DNA from: Mageeibacillus sp. UBA5439 | GTDB lineage: Bacteria; Bacillota; Clostridia; Saccharofermentanales; DTU023 | Assembly (NCBI GenBank): GCA_002427505.1 | Contig: DIRJ01000037.1 | Span: 7,597-71,596 of the forward strand | DNA length: 64,000 bases | Reading direction: 5' to 3' | Shown here: one piece after another, positions 19,728-29,468 of the stretch | Numbering within the stretch: position 1 is the stretch's first letter | Layout of the letters: each line of letters starts with the position of its first letter | Position numbers and translations under genes: made by a program | The notes under the pieces: generated by a model | Databases searched by the model: none | What the model saw: only the letters and a program-made list of their open reading frames with translations | What the model was told of the DNA's origin: nothing

Positions 19728-22001
19728 ATGAGGAAAGTAAGAGAAAATATCACAGAGCGTCTGGGACTCTGCCTTTTCATTGTGATGGTCAGCCTCAGCC
19801 TGTTGGGCTCTGAGCTTTCATTAAAGAAAGCAAGCATTTTTACGGAGTCGGATCCACTTAAAGTCAGCGGCCGTGTGATAGAAGTTGCCCTGCCGGTTTC
19901 AGGCAGTAATGACTACCGTCGCATTAAATTGCGCTTAAACCGGCAGACGGTCATCAGTATAGGCCTGAACTTGAATCGCCTGCCGGCAGGCTCTTCAGCT
20001 GAGGATATTCAGCGGGGTGCAATTATGACTGTCAGCGGCATCTACAGCAGGGGGAAGACCACACAGAATCCCGGAGGATTCAGCGAAAAAAACTGGTTCA
20101 GGTCGGAGGGTATCAGCGCTAAGCTGACAAGTGCGCAACTTATTGCCTTAGAGCCTGCAGCCCGCTGTTATCGACCGCTGCAGGCACTGGATCGCTTCCG
20201 TCTCCGGTCACTGGAACTGCTGGAGAAAAGTTTTGCTCCGCAATCTGCTGTGGCCGTTCCTTCTGCCATCAGAGACCTCCAGCTCAGCACGGAAGGAATC
20301 ATGCCGGCTTTACTAATGGGTCATACCGGAGGCATGACTGCCTATACGAGCAAGGCACTGAGTGAAGCCGGAGCTTATCACCTCGTTTGTGTCTCAGGTA
20401 TGCATCTGATGTTTTTCCTGCTGCCCTTCAGAAAACTTTCAGCCTGGGTCTCTCTGAATTTCAGGTCAAAACGCAGGCTGCTCTCTGTCGTGGTTTTAAT
20501 TCCTGCCTTGCTGAGCGGTTTCGGCCATGGTATCAACCGTGCAACTTTGCTTTTTTTATTGGCGTCGCTGGATAGCAGGATGCAACGCCGCACGGATAAA
20601 ATAAACTCGCTTGCCCTTGCAGCTTCTTTCTTGCTGTTGCTGCAGCCCTTTGCAGTTCGTCAGCGTGGTTTCTGGATGAGCTTCATCGCAGCCGGCAGCC
20701 TGAAGTGTCTATCCCCCCAAGCTGAAAACAGGCTGGTCAACAACTTGATTAGTTCTCTGGGAGTTTTTCTTATTCTCCTGCCTTTGACAGCGAAACAGCA
20801 ACAAGGTGCTAATCTGCTGGCGCCTTTTGCTAATATTATTCTTATTCCCATGGCTACTTACCTGACAGTGGTCGGTTTTCTCATTCTTTTTCTAAGCTTC
20901 ATGTTCCCATTTCTGAGCACACAGATAAATCTGTTAGCCGCTTTGCTTACTGATGCAGTGCTCCGGCTCTGGCTTAAACTGATACAGCTGCTGGCCAACT
21001 GCCGCAGTACTTTTCTCTGCTACTCCCAGCTGGTGTTTGCAGCCCTATTGATTATCACTGCTGTATCAATCTATCTTCTTTATCGTTCGGCTCATTACAA
21101 GCTGGCGCTTGCAGCCCTGCTGCTTCTGCTGGCCTTATCCCTATTTCCCTGGTTCAGCCGGCAAAGTGAGGAACAACTGGACATAATCTTTCTTGATGTT
21201 GGACAGGGAGACGCAACTTTATTGTTTTTGCCGCAGGGACAGACGATTCTGATTGACGGAGGAGACGCCGGTATGGGCTACCAGCGTATATTGCCGGCTT
21301 TGCGCTCGCAGGGTCGTGATCATGTGGACCTGGCACTGATTACGCATGGTCATTCTGACCATGCCGTAGGTGTGATTGAACTGATGAGTCTCGGACGGAT
21401 AAAATCTCTCTTGCTGCCACAGCTGGCGGAAAAAAGACCAGCTGATTGCAGCCAGGTTAGCGCAGTGGCACATAATCCTTTCGATCCGAATGAGTTTGAC
21501 TGGATGTCTTATCTGCTGGAATTTGCTGCTGAAGAGAAAATTGCAGTGCGCCATACTGTGGCCGGTGAGCAGTTTTCACTTGATGGTGTGCAAATCAGTT
21601 TTATAGCACCGAACGCTGAAGACCTGTACCGCAATGACGATGCCAACAATAGTTCTCTGGTTTTTTATCTGGATTATTATCAGCATAGTATCCTCTTTAC
21701 GGCTGATATGACAAAGGAAACGGAAGAGCGTCTTGTGCTGTCGGAAAAGCTGCGTCCTGTTGACTACCTGCATGTTGCTCATCATGGTTCCAGACTGACC
21801 AGCGGGACTGAATTTTTGGAGCAGATCCAGGCGGCCTGGGCGATAATTTCCGTAGGTGAAAACAACTTGTATAATCATCCGCATCCGGATACCCTGGACA
21901 GGCTGAGCGAGCAAAATGCCGGTATTGTCAGACTGGACGAAAGTGCAGCTTTCTTCTTGCGGCTTTCAGAGGCAGATAGTAGGATAGTTCTATGGCAGTA
22001 A
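19728..22001 (+). CDS. comEC: DNA internalization-related competence protein ComEC/Rec2
   Basis: 757 aa. N-terminal OB-like region, a polytopic competence domain, and a C-terminal metallo-beta-lactamase domain (DVGQGDA...THGHSDH). Confidence 0.85.
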   Translation: MRKVRENITERLGLCLFIVMVSLSLLGSELSLKKASIFTESDPLKVSGRVIEVALPVSGSNDYRRIKLRLNRQTVISIGLNLNRLPAGSSAEDIQRGAIMTVSGIYSRGKTTQNPGGFSEKNWFRSEGISAKLTSAQLIALEPAARCYRPLQALDRFRLRSLELLEKSFAPQSAVAVPSAIRDLQLSTEGIMPALLMGHTGGMTAYTSKALSEAGAYHLVCVSGMHLMFFLLPFRKLSAWVSLNFRSKRRLLSVVVLIPALLSGFGHGINRATLLFLLASLDSRMQRRTDKINSLALAASFLLLLQPFAVRQRGFWMSFIAAGSLKCLSPQAENRLVNNLISSLGVFLILLPLTAKQQQGANLLAPFANIILIPMATYLTVVGFLILFLSFMFPFLSTQINLLAALLTDAVLRLWLKLIQLLANCRSTFLCYSQLVFAALLIITAVSIYLLYRSAHYKLALAALLLLLALSLFPWFSRQSEEQLDIIFLDVGQGDATLLFLPQGQTILIDGGDAGMGYQRILPALRSQGRDHVDLALITHGHSDHAVGVIELMSLGRIKSLLLPQLAEKRPADCSQVSAVAHNPFDPNEFDWMSYLLEFAAEEKIAVRHTVAGEQFSLDGVQISFIAPNAEDLYRNDDANNSSLVFYLDYYQHSILFTADMTKETEERLVLSEKLRPVDYLHVAHHGSRLTSGTEFLEQIQAAWAIISVGENNLYNHPHPDTLDRLSEQNAGIVRLDESAAFFLRLSEADSRIVLWQ

Positions 22002-23062
22002 AGAATAAATTGACATATGCGGCTCTGACCAGAGAGCTGGAAACTTCACCTTTGCGCAAAATGTATGTCCTTCTGGGGCAGGAGGATTACCTTATTTCTT
22101 ATTTGCGGGGGAAAATTTATGCCCGGGCTTTGGCACCTGGCTGTGAAATGATGGATGCTGTTGTTTATGATCTGGACAAGAAAGTGTCTAATCTCAATTG
22201 GGAAAATTTGCAGGCAGACCTTGTCACTCCGGCCTTTATGTCACCCTACAAACTGGTGCATATTAAGCAATCCGGAGTGTTCAGCCGAACTTTGAACAGC
22301 GATGCGCTGGCAGAGTGGAGGGGGATTCTGGAAAGTGTGGGAGAGGGGACAGTTCTCCTTTTTGAAGAGCGGCAGGAAGCCGATGAAAGGGCTGTTCGTC
22401 CTGATCATAAACTCCTGCGCATAATTGAAGAGCTGGAGGGAGCAGTAATCCGTCTCGACCTGCAAACAGAGCGTGAACTCCTGACCTGGATCAGTGCTCA
22501 GGTTAAGTTTAATCAGCTCAACATCACGCACGAAGCGGCTTTGTCGCTGATATCACGCTATGATTCCTCCATGTCCATGATCCAACAAGCTCTTAATATT
22601 ATATTTCTTTATGCACAGAATCAGGAACTTGAATCGATTGATCTGGACCTTGTTGATTTGCTTTGCCGACAGGATCTCAGCGGAACAGTTTTTGACCTGA
22701 CGGATGCTCTCGCTGCAGGCAATACTGATCGCGCTCTGGCTTATCTGGATCGTTTATTAGATCGCGGGGAAGCCCCTCTGGCTATTCTGGCAATGATCTC
22801 AAACTTGTTTCGACGCCTGCTGATTGCCAAAGAATTAAATCATCCTGCAGCAGTAATTGACAGCGGTATAACCACCAGCAGCTTTTATGCTAACAAGCTT
22901 TTGCGGCAGGCTCGCTCATTTTCTCTGGAGCAGCTGGAGGCAATAGTAGAAGCCTGCTTTCAATGTGATCTGCTGATCAAGACAGGTGAAATGAAGGAGT
23001 ATGACGCCTTGGTCGTTCTTTTTATTCAAATGAGCAAGACTATGGGTAAGTACAAATCATAA
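21992..23062 (+). CDS. holA: DNA polymerase III delta subunit
   Basis: 356 aa with delta-subunit-like helical domains. It sits in the conserved comEC-holA position and overlaps comEC by 10 nt. Confidence 0.8.
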   Translation: MAVKNKLTYAALTRELETSPLRKMYVLLGQEDYLISYLRGKIYARALAPGCEMMDAVVYDLDKKVSNLNWENLQADLVTPAFMSPYKLVHIKQSGVFSRTLNSDALAEWRGILESVGEGTVLLFEERQEADERAVRPDHKLLRIIEELEGAVIRLDLQTERELLTWISAQVKFNQLNITHEAALSLISRYDSSMSMIQQALNIIFLYAQNQELESIDLDLVDLLCRQDLSGTVFDLTDALAAGNTDRALAYLDRLLDRGEAPLAILAMISNLFRRLLIAKELNHPAAVIDSGITTSSFYANKLLRQARSFSLEQLEAIVEACFQCDLLIKTGEMKEYDALVVLFIQMSKTMGKYKS

Positions 23063-23157
23063 GCCTGCGACTGAACTAAACTCATTTTCCATCAATTAAC
23101 CGGAAGCTTAAATAAGCATGTCTGACGCATGCATTATTGATGAAAGGATTGATGTGT

Positions 23158-23850
23158 ATGAGTAAAAGTGTATTAACGATGAAAGAAATTCCACTAACGG
23201 AACGACCCTACGAAAAGGCTGAAAAACTCGGCATCTCAGCTTTGAGTGATGCTGAGCTGCTGGCGATTATTCTGCAATCGGGACAAAAAGGTGTCACAGT
23301 TGTGGAACTGGCACACAAGCTATTGTTGGAGGCCGGCAGTCTGGACGGACTTTTTGATATGAGTCTGGAGGAGTTGCGTTCAATATCCGGCATAGGCAGG
23401 GTGAAAGCTCTCAATGTCACAGCAGCCTTGGAGCTGGGGCAGCGGGCATCAGCCAAGCGGGCCGGTCGCAAGCGGCATCAGGTGCATGGCCCCCATGATC
23501 TTTTCGCCTATATTGAATCTCAGCTGCGTTTTCAGCCAAGAGAGCAATTTTTCATTATTATGCTGGATACGAGAAATCGAATTATCAGGCATGTGTTAAT
23601 TTCCAGTGGCGGACTGTCATCTTCAGTGATCCAGCCGCGTGACATATTTCGGGAAGCAGTGAAGGCTAATGCTGCGGCTATCGTCTTAGTGCATAACCAT
23701 CCGAGTGGCGATGCTATGCCTAGTGAAGCCGACCGCACATCTACACAGCGTTTGAGTGAGATGGGACAGATGATGGGGGTACAGGTGCTGGACCATATTG
23801 TAGTGGGATCTGAAGGCAGTTTGAGTATGCGGGCCCTCGGGCTAATGTAG
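23158..23850 (+). CDS. radC: RadC-like JAB-domain protein (UPF0758)
   Basis: HhH region (ELLAIIL, LRSISGIGRVKA) and JAMM motif HNHPSGD. The start could also be 23137. Confidence 0.85.
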   Translation: MSKSVLTMKEIPLTERPYEKAEKLGISALSDAELLAIILQSGQKGVTVVELAHKLLLEAGSLDGLFDMSLEELRSISGIGRVKALNVTAALELGQRASAKRAGRKRHQVHGPHDLFAYIESQLRFQPREQFFIIMLDTRNRIIRHVLISSGGLSSSVIQPRDIFREAVKANAAAIVLVHNHPSGDAMPSEADRTSTQRLSEMGQMMGVQVLDHIVVGSEGSLSMRALGLM

Positions 23851-23967
23851 ATTTTGCTGTTAAAGAAGCATGATCGTTAAGCTGGCTGCATCCCTTTGAC
23901 TGCTGATGTGCTAAACTAATTTGTGTATTTTTAGATAATAATTACCTAGATTAAGGACGTCGGGACG

Positions 23968-24834
23968 ATGAAAAGAAAAGCTCCGCGTATTTTTATAATT
24001 GTTTTAGTCACAGTAGCTATTTTGGCGACCATGATTCTTACAGCGCTGCCCGGATCCACACGGACAATCATCGCTGATTATTTTGGTCGCGTGTTTGATC
24101 CGCTGGTGTCCTTTGCCCAGGCAGGTGCTAAATCTGCTGGGAACTTTTTTTCCGCAGTGAGTGAGAACAGGGAACTGAAGGACGAAATTGCTAAACTGGA
24201 AATAGAAAACTCCGATTTGCGTCAGGAAATCAGAGTTAATGAAGAAAAAGTTAAAGCCTATGACGAGCTGGAAGATGCCTTAAATCTGAAAAGCAGGTTT
24301 AAAGACTACGAGATAGTCGGCGGCAAAGTGATTAACCGTTCCATTGGACCTATGTTTGATCTGTTTCGCATAAATCTGGGCCGTGAAGACGGTATCTGGG
24401 TGACAAGTGACCGCTCGTACCCGGTTCTTGATAGTCAGCATAATTTGGTGGGCAGACTTTATTCCAGTGAGCTGGGCTCTTCTCGTGTACTGCCTTTGCT
24501 GCATGAAGGCTTTTCTATCAGCTCAAAAGTTTCAGCTTCAGCCGGCAATAATTTCCGGGTAAGGGGATCAGTTGAATATAAAAACCGGCGCTTGTGCCTG
24601 GCGGATCAAATCCCTGAAGGCACACCAGTACGCGTCGGTGATCTGATTGTAAGCTCAGGTGACGGGGGTCTGTATCCGGAGGGAATTGAAATTGGCAGAG
24701 TAGTCGAGATTATTAATGATAGCCGCTCAAATGCCATGCAGGCTTTAATTGAACCCAGTTCACAGCTGGAGGAGCTGAATTATATTTTTGTCCTGATTGA
24801 TCATGCACTCCCGTCAGGTGCAGAAGGGAAGTAA
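23968..24834 (+). CDS. mreC: Rod shape-determining protein MreC
   Basis: N-terminal TM anchor, coiled coil (ENRELKDEIAKLEIENSDLRQE) and C-terminal beta domains with GGLYPEGIEIGRV. Confidence 0.85.
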   Translation: MKRKAPRIFIIVLVTVAILATMILTALPGSTRTIIADYFGRVFDPLVSFAQAGAKSAGNFFSAVSENRELKDEIAKLEIENSDLRQEIRVNEEKVKAYDELEDALNLKSRFKDYEIVGGKVINRSIGPMFDLFRINLGREDGIWVTSDRSYPVLDSQHNLVGRLYSSELGSSRVLPLLHEGFSISSKVSASAGNNFRVRGSVEYKNRRLCLADQIPEGTPVRVGDLIVSSGDGGLYPEGIEIGRVVEIINDSRSNAMQALIEPSSQLEELNYIFVLIDHALPSGAEGK

Positions 24835-24835
24835 G

Positions 24836-25396
24836 ATGTCCGGAATTTCCAGACCCATAACTATCTGGCAACGTGTTTTGGTCTACGCTGCTTTACTCAT
24901 TGTTCTGGCCAGTGCTCAGGTTTTTCCGGGACAGTGGACGCGGATGCCTGCCCCTGATTTTCTCCTCTTACTGCCACTGATAATCGGTTTGACCAGAGCT
25001 GGCAGAGAGGGCTTTACCATGGGTCTGATTTCCGGCTTTCTGCGTGATTATCTAAGTGGCAGACTTTATGGTCTAGGAATGCTTGAAGGTATGATTATCG
25101 GCCTGCTTGCAGGCCTGTTTTTCAGTGAAAACAACAAGATATTCTGGAGGCGATTACTATTACTCTGTCCTGGTGTGACTTTGGCCCATGTTTCTGTTAT
25201 GGCTTTGCTTTCTTATCTCTTTCCCTTTGATCCCGGTCTTCCTTTATCCCTGATCATGATCTTGAGAGAAACGCTTGTAAGCCTTCCGCTTGTGCTTCTG
25301 GCCAATTTGTTTGCCGCTGTGATAATATTATTTTTCTTATGGCTAGGTTTTTATCAGAAAAAAAAGAAGCACAGGCAAACTGCGGGTAAGGGCTAG
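24836..25396 (+). CDS. mreD: Rod shape-determining protein MreD
   Basis: Polytopic small membrane protein directly after mreC. The ATG at 24836 lies 1 nt after the mreC stop. Confidence 0.7.
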   Translation: MSGISRPITIWQRVLVYAALLIVLASAQVFPGQWTRMPAPDFLLLLPLIIGLTRAGREGFTMGLISGFLRDYLSGRLYGLGMLEGMIIGLLAGLFFSENNKIFWRRLLLLCPGVTLAHVSVMALLSYLFPFDPGLPLSLIMILRETLVSLPLVLLANLFAAVIILFFLWLGFYQKKKKHRQTAGKG

Positions 25397-25409
25397 GAAG
25401 GGTATAACC

Positions 25410-27743
25410 GTGCACTCTAATGCAAGTGAAAATAAAGATAAGCGCTTTCACCGCCTGCAGCGTCCGCAGCGCTTGAAGAAAGACTTTCTGCGCCAGTTTC
25501 TGTCTAATCGCTATGCGGTGCTGATTGTCATCCTGTTCCTTGCTTTTGTACTGATCCTGCTGCGAACTGCGGACCTGCATCTTTTTGGCCAGTCAACTCA
25601 CACAGCCCTGGAATCAAGTGGCAGCAGCAGTGAGTTGAGCTTGTCGGCACCACGCGGTGATATTGTTGATCGCAATGGCGTTCCTTTGGCTGTAACTGAA
25701 AGCATTAATACAATATCCATTGTCAATGTCGGGCTGGATAACTCAGCTTTAAATCGCATGCTGCTTGATCTGGCTAACTTGTTTGAAGAAAATAATGTTG
25801 ATTCGGAAAGTGATTTCAGATCATACTTTGATATTTCCCAGGCGGATCGCAAGGCCCATGAAGAGGGATCTCTCAATCCGGTCAATTTTGTATTCAAACG
25901 TTCGTGGGAGGAACTTGAAGCCTTCCAGACTGATCCGGATACTTTTAACCTCTATACGTCCGAAGAGGCTTCCAACCTTGTCCAACGGCAAAAACTGGTC
26001 AAGCAGACTCCACGCGAGTTTTTCGACTATTTACTCTATGATTTCTTTTCTATAGAGCCGGTGGCTGATGAAGGCAACAGACTCTATTCGGATTATGAGG
26101 CTTTCCAAATCATGGAGATGCGCTACCTTATTTTGAAGAACAACTGGAATTTCTATATCAAGGAGCCGATTTTGCTGGCTGATAATGTGCCTGAATCGCT
26201 TAGCAGTTTGCTCAACGAGCAAAACTATCGTTTCCCGGGCATAACAGTTGGTCAGCGCTTCCTGCGCCGCTATACGAGTGAAAGCGACATTGTCTCCCAT
26301 GCACTGGGTTATGTCGGACAGATTTCTTCTGACGAATATGATCAACTCAAAACTGAAGGCTATACCGTCAATGATGTCGTGGGAAAAACAGGTGTTGAAC
26401 AGGCTGCCGAACGCTATTTGCGAGGGATTTCAGGTGCATATACGATAGAAACGTGGACGGATTCTGTTTCGGGGAACCCGGTGGCTTACCCCGGCTCAAT
26501 GGGCAAAGCTCCACGGGCAGGTAATGAAGTCAGGCTGACCATTGACATAAATTTACAGCGTGTAGCCCGCGATAATCTGGAAAGGAAACTGAGAGAGTTG
26601 CGGGGATTTGAACGTGGAGACAGAGTGATGTCCGCACCTGCCGGCAGTGTAATTGCTATGGATACAAAAACCGGCGCTGTGCTGGTAAACGCAAATTATC
26701 CGGATTATCACGTCTCCGACTTTGTTGAACAATATACGGATCCCCTGGCAGCAGATCGTGTACAAGAGTATCTGTCGGATACAGACGGTTTGCCTCTGCT
26801 GAATCGCGGTATTTCACAGTCATATGCACCAGGTTCAACCTTCAAACCGGTTACGGCGATGGCTGCATTCGAAAATGGCACACTGACAGCTGCTGATACG
26901 ATTTACAGGTGTAATGGCCATGAGGAGATCGGCGGACTGACCTGGAGCTGTCTTCAGGAGCCCACCAACGGACACGGTGAATTAAATCTGCAATATGGTC
27001 TGATGACTTCCTGTAACCTTTATTTCTACCTGTTGGGCGTCGATGTGGGTATTGATGCTATCAGTGAAACGGCGCAACGTTTAGGTCTGGGTGAAAGTAC
27101 CAACCTTGATATTGGGGGCGAAAACATCGGAGTAAGACCCAGCCGGGCCTTGAAACAGGAAATCAATGCGAATCCGGCCGATCAAACCTGGTTTATTGCA
27201 GATACAGCTCAGACTGCAATCGGGCAGTTTTATAACTCCTATACGATGCTGCAGATGGCGCGGGCGATCGGCGGCATCGCGACCGACTATCTGCTAACTC
27301 CGCATTTTATAAAAGAGGTGGTAGCAGAAGATGGAACCGTGCTGGTCCCTGAGCAGATTGAACGTATTCCCCTAAAGCTGGATGAGGCAGGACGCAGTAT
27401 CATAAATGAGGGCATGACAGGCCTGACAACATGGGATCAGGGCAGAACAGCGGACTTGTTCCGTGATTTTCCTGTATCAGTTGCAGCAAAGACGGGTACA
27501 TCGGAGGTGGTCGGATCTGACGGAAAGATTTATACTAATGCGGTCTTCGTCTGCTACGCTCCGGCCAATGATCCGGAAATTGTCATAGCCAGTATCTTGG
27601 AAGATGCATCATATGGCGATCAAAGTGCGGATATTGCCTACCGTATACTTTGTGAATATTTCGGACACACGCCTACGCATGACTATATGGGTCTGTATGA
27701 TGATGAATCAGCACGATTAACGGAAGGCTTTGGTAACAATTAG
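25410..27743 (+). CDS. mrdA: Penicillin-binding protein 2 (class B transpeptidase)
   Basis: GTG start after the SD ggaagg. TM anchor, pedestal domain and transpeptidase motifs STFKP, SCN and KTGT. Confidence 0.88.
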   Translation: MHSNASENKDKRFHRLQRPQRLKKDFLRQFLSNRYAVLIVILFLAFVLILLRTADLHLFGQSTHTALESSGSSSELSLSAPRGDIVDRNGVPLAVTESINTISIVNVGLDNSALNRMLLDLANLFEENNVDSESDFRSYFDISQADRKAHEEGSLNPVNFVFKRSWEELEAFQTDPDTFNLYTSEEASNLVQRQKLVKQTPREFFDYLLYDFFSIEPVADEGNRLYSDYEAFQIMEMRYLILKNNWNFYIKEPILLADNVPESLSSLLNEQNYRFPGITVGQRFLRRYTSESDIVSHALGYVGQISSDEYDQLKTEGYTVNDVVGKTGVEQAAERYLRGISGAYTIETWTDSVSGNPVAYPGSMGKAPRAGNEVRLTIDINLQRVARDNLERKLRELRGFERGDRVMSAPAGSVIAMDTKTGAVLVNANYPDYHVSDFVEQYTDPLAADRVQEYLSDTDGLPLLNRGISQSYAPGSTFKPVTAMAAFENGTLTAADTIYRCNGHEEIGGLTWSCLQEPTNGHGELNLQYGLMTSCNLYFYLLGVDVGIDAISETAQRLGLGESTNLDIGGENIGVRPSRALKQEINANPADQTWFIADTAQTAIGQFYNSYTMLQMARAIGGIATDYLLTPHFIKEVVAEDGTVLVPEQIERIPLKLDEAGRSIINEGMTGLTTWDQGRTADLFRDFPVSVAAKTGTSEVVGSDGKIYTNAVFVCYAPANDPEIVIASILEDASYGDQSADIAYRILCEYFGHTPTHDYMGLYDDESARLTEGFGNN

Positions 27744-27811
27744 TTGAAAAAATGTCAATTATGTGAGATAAGTATATGATAAGTGCACAAACATCTGAAA
27801 TGCTAATCTTG

Positions 27812-27840
27812 TTGAGAGCTTGCCCATCTTCGTTTATAAT
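27812..27840 (+). promoter_or_regulatory. Candidate promoter (TTGAGA, 17 nt spacer, TATAAT) for the MGS-like gene
   Basis: -35 at 27812-27817 and -10 at 27835-27840. Confidence 0.4.
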
Positions 27841-27916
27841 AATTCGGAGATTCGCGTAAAAACATGGGAAGGTGAAGCGGGTTTATTTATTAAGAACACC
27901 GCTTTGAAAAGGAAAA

Positions 27917-28306
27917 ATGAAAATTGTATTAATGGCCGATATATCACGAACTGAATTACTAGTTAACTTTTGTATTGCTTATCAGCAAATTCTAAATCAG
28001 CATGAATTAATTTCACCACTGAATACAGCTCATTTAATCAAGGGCGCGACAACTCTGAATGTTATGGCGTACCCGACTGAAGAAACCAGTACGAAGAGTC
28101 AACTTGCCGCCAGTGCGCGTTACAATGAAATTGACGCTTTGATTTATTTGCGCGATCCTGAAGGTCCTATCACTGAACCACTAATCGATTTGTTCCGTGC
28201 CTGCGACACTAACAGCATTCCTTTTGCTACCAACTCAGCTACAGCTGAAGTACTAGTTCTGGCTATTAGCAGGGGAGATCTTGACTGGCGCGAGCTGGTT
28301 CACTGA
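27917..28306 (+). CDS. Methylglyoxal synthase-like domain protein lacking catalytic residues
   Basis: Collinear with B. subtilis MgsA along its whole length (MKIVLMAD..., YLRDP..., SIPFATNSATAEVLV). AHDKKK is replaced by ADISRT, ATGTTG by SPLNTA, GGDQQ by TSTKSQ, and PHEPD by ITEPL. Confidence 0.7.
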   Translation: MKIVLMADISRTELLVNFCIAYQQILNQHELISPLNTAHLIKGATTLNVMAYPTEETSTKSQLAASARYNEIDALIYLRDPEGPITEPLIDLFRACDTNSIPFATNSATAEVLVLAISRGDLDWRELVH

Positions 28307-28320
28307 GAGGCTGTTTATCT

Positions 28321-29004
28321 ATGTCACGATACCAGATATTGCCTGAGCTAAGGCGGATTCCTGAAGCTTTTCGTTATGGTAACGCATATATTTTAAAGAC
28401 TGAAACAGGCAGCATACTTTTTGATCCTGCTGTCCCGCCGGAAAAAGTTCCTGAAGCAGATGATGTCAAACTCCTTATAGCTACACATGGTCATTATGAT
28501 CATGTTGCCTCGGTCAGACAATGGACGGAAAGAAATAATGCAGCTTTCTGGGTTTCAGACCGGGAGCGGGATCTCTTGTCAGATGCCAAAGCCAATGCAT
28601 CCTTGATGTTTGGCCAAGCGACCAGCTATCAGGAGGCAGATCGTTATCTGCAAGATGGTGAGCTGATTGATCTGGATTCAGAATTAAAACTGAAAACTTT
28701 TAGCACTCCGGGCCACACAAAGGGCTCAATGTGTTTTTTGATCCTGCGTCAACGGGAAACTGAAGCAGAGGAGGCGCTGGCCCTGATTACCGGGGATACA
28801 CTTTTTGATGATTCCTTTGGCCGTACAGATTTAGCTAGTGGCGATTCTGCTGAAATGTACCAATCACTGCAATTTCTGCGCGGACTCTTAATGGAGCTGC
28901 CGGCATCTTTGCCGGTGTGTGCCGGACATGGCGGAACAGCTAGCGCCGGTGAGCTTCTGAATTCGCCGGTCTGGATCTTTGCAGAAACTCTTGTCGGGGG
29001 ATAA
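28321..29004 (+). CDS. MBL-fold metallo-hydrolase (glyoxalase II-like)
   Basis: THGHYDH motif, later TPGHTKGS, GDTLF and GHG. Confidence 0.8.
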   Translation: MSRYQILPELRRIPEAFRYGNAYILKTETGSILFDPAVPPEKVPEADDVKLLIATHGHYDHVASVRQWTERNNAAFWVSDRERDLLSDAKANASLMFGQATSYQEADRYLQDGELIDLDSELKLKTFSTPGHTKGSMCFLILRQRETEAEEALALITGDTLFDDSFGRTDLASGDSAEMYQSLQFLRGLLMELPASLPVCAGHGGTASAGELLNSPVWIFAETLVGG

Positions 29005-29102
29005 GAAGCAATCAGTCCTTCAGGCTGGACAATAGTGCCGGCACAGAACAGAGCCTGTTCGCTCGTACTTTATATTAAAACAGACAATTTGCCATTTATT
29101 GC

Positions 29103-29139
29103 AACCCTGCGTCTTCTTGTCGCAGGGTTATTTTTATTT
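29103..29139 (+). terminator. Rho-independent terminator after the MBL hydrolase gene
   Basis: Stem aaccctgcg / cgcagggtt (9 bp) followed by a tttttattt tract. Confidence 0.6.
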
Positions 29140-29179
29140 CCGGGAGTGATAATTCTATGTAAAAGGGAGGTAAAGAGAA

Positions 29180-29461
29180 ATGGCATTTACTTTGGAATCA
29201 GCTGTGGCTGCGTCAGCTGCCTTCTACATTCTTATTCATTCTCTGGGGCTTTCACTGCCCGTAGCAGATGATGTGCGCTTTAGTGCGGAAATAGTAGGGC
29301 GAAGCAATGCGGCAGCTCAGACAGAAGAAAAATTCTATGACTGTAGTTTTTATGAGCATGAGGGTGAATACTTGCCCTTGTTGAAGAGCTCACCACAACG
29401 AATGATCGAACTGGTGTCGCTGGCACATGACCTGTCGCTCTTCTTCCGTTCGGATGGGTGA
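29180..29461 (+). CDS. Small TadE-like N-terminally anchored protein (93 aa)
   Basis: Strong SD aaagggagg. The N-terminus MAFTLESAVAASAAFYILI resembles the TadE/pseudopilin hydrophobic signature. Confidence 0.55.
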   Translation: MAFTLESAVAASAAFYILIHSLGLSLPVADDVRFSAEIVGRSNAAAQTEEKFYDCSFYEHEGEYLPLLKSSPQRMIELVSLAHDLSLFFRSDG

Positions 29462-29468
29462 GGCGAGT

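Noticed and set aside
29035-29271. 78-aa plus-strand ORF upstream of the TadE-like operon
   Set aside because: It runs straight through the terminator hairpin (29103-29139) and overlaps the SD-supported start at 29180 in another frame. It has no SD of its own.
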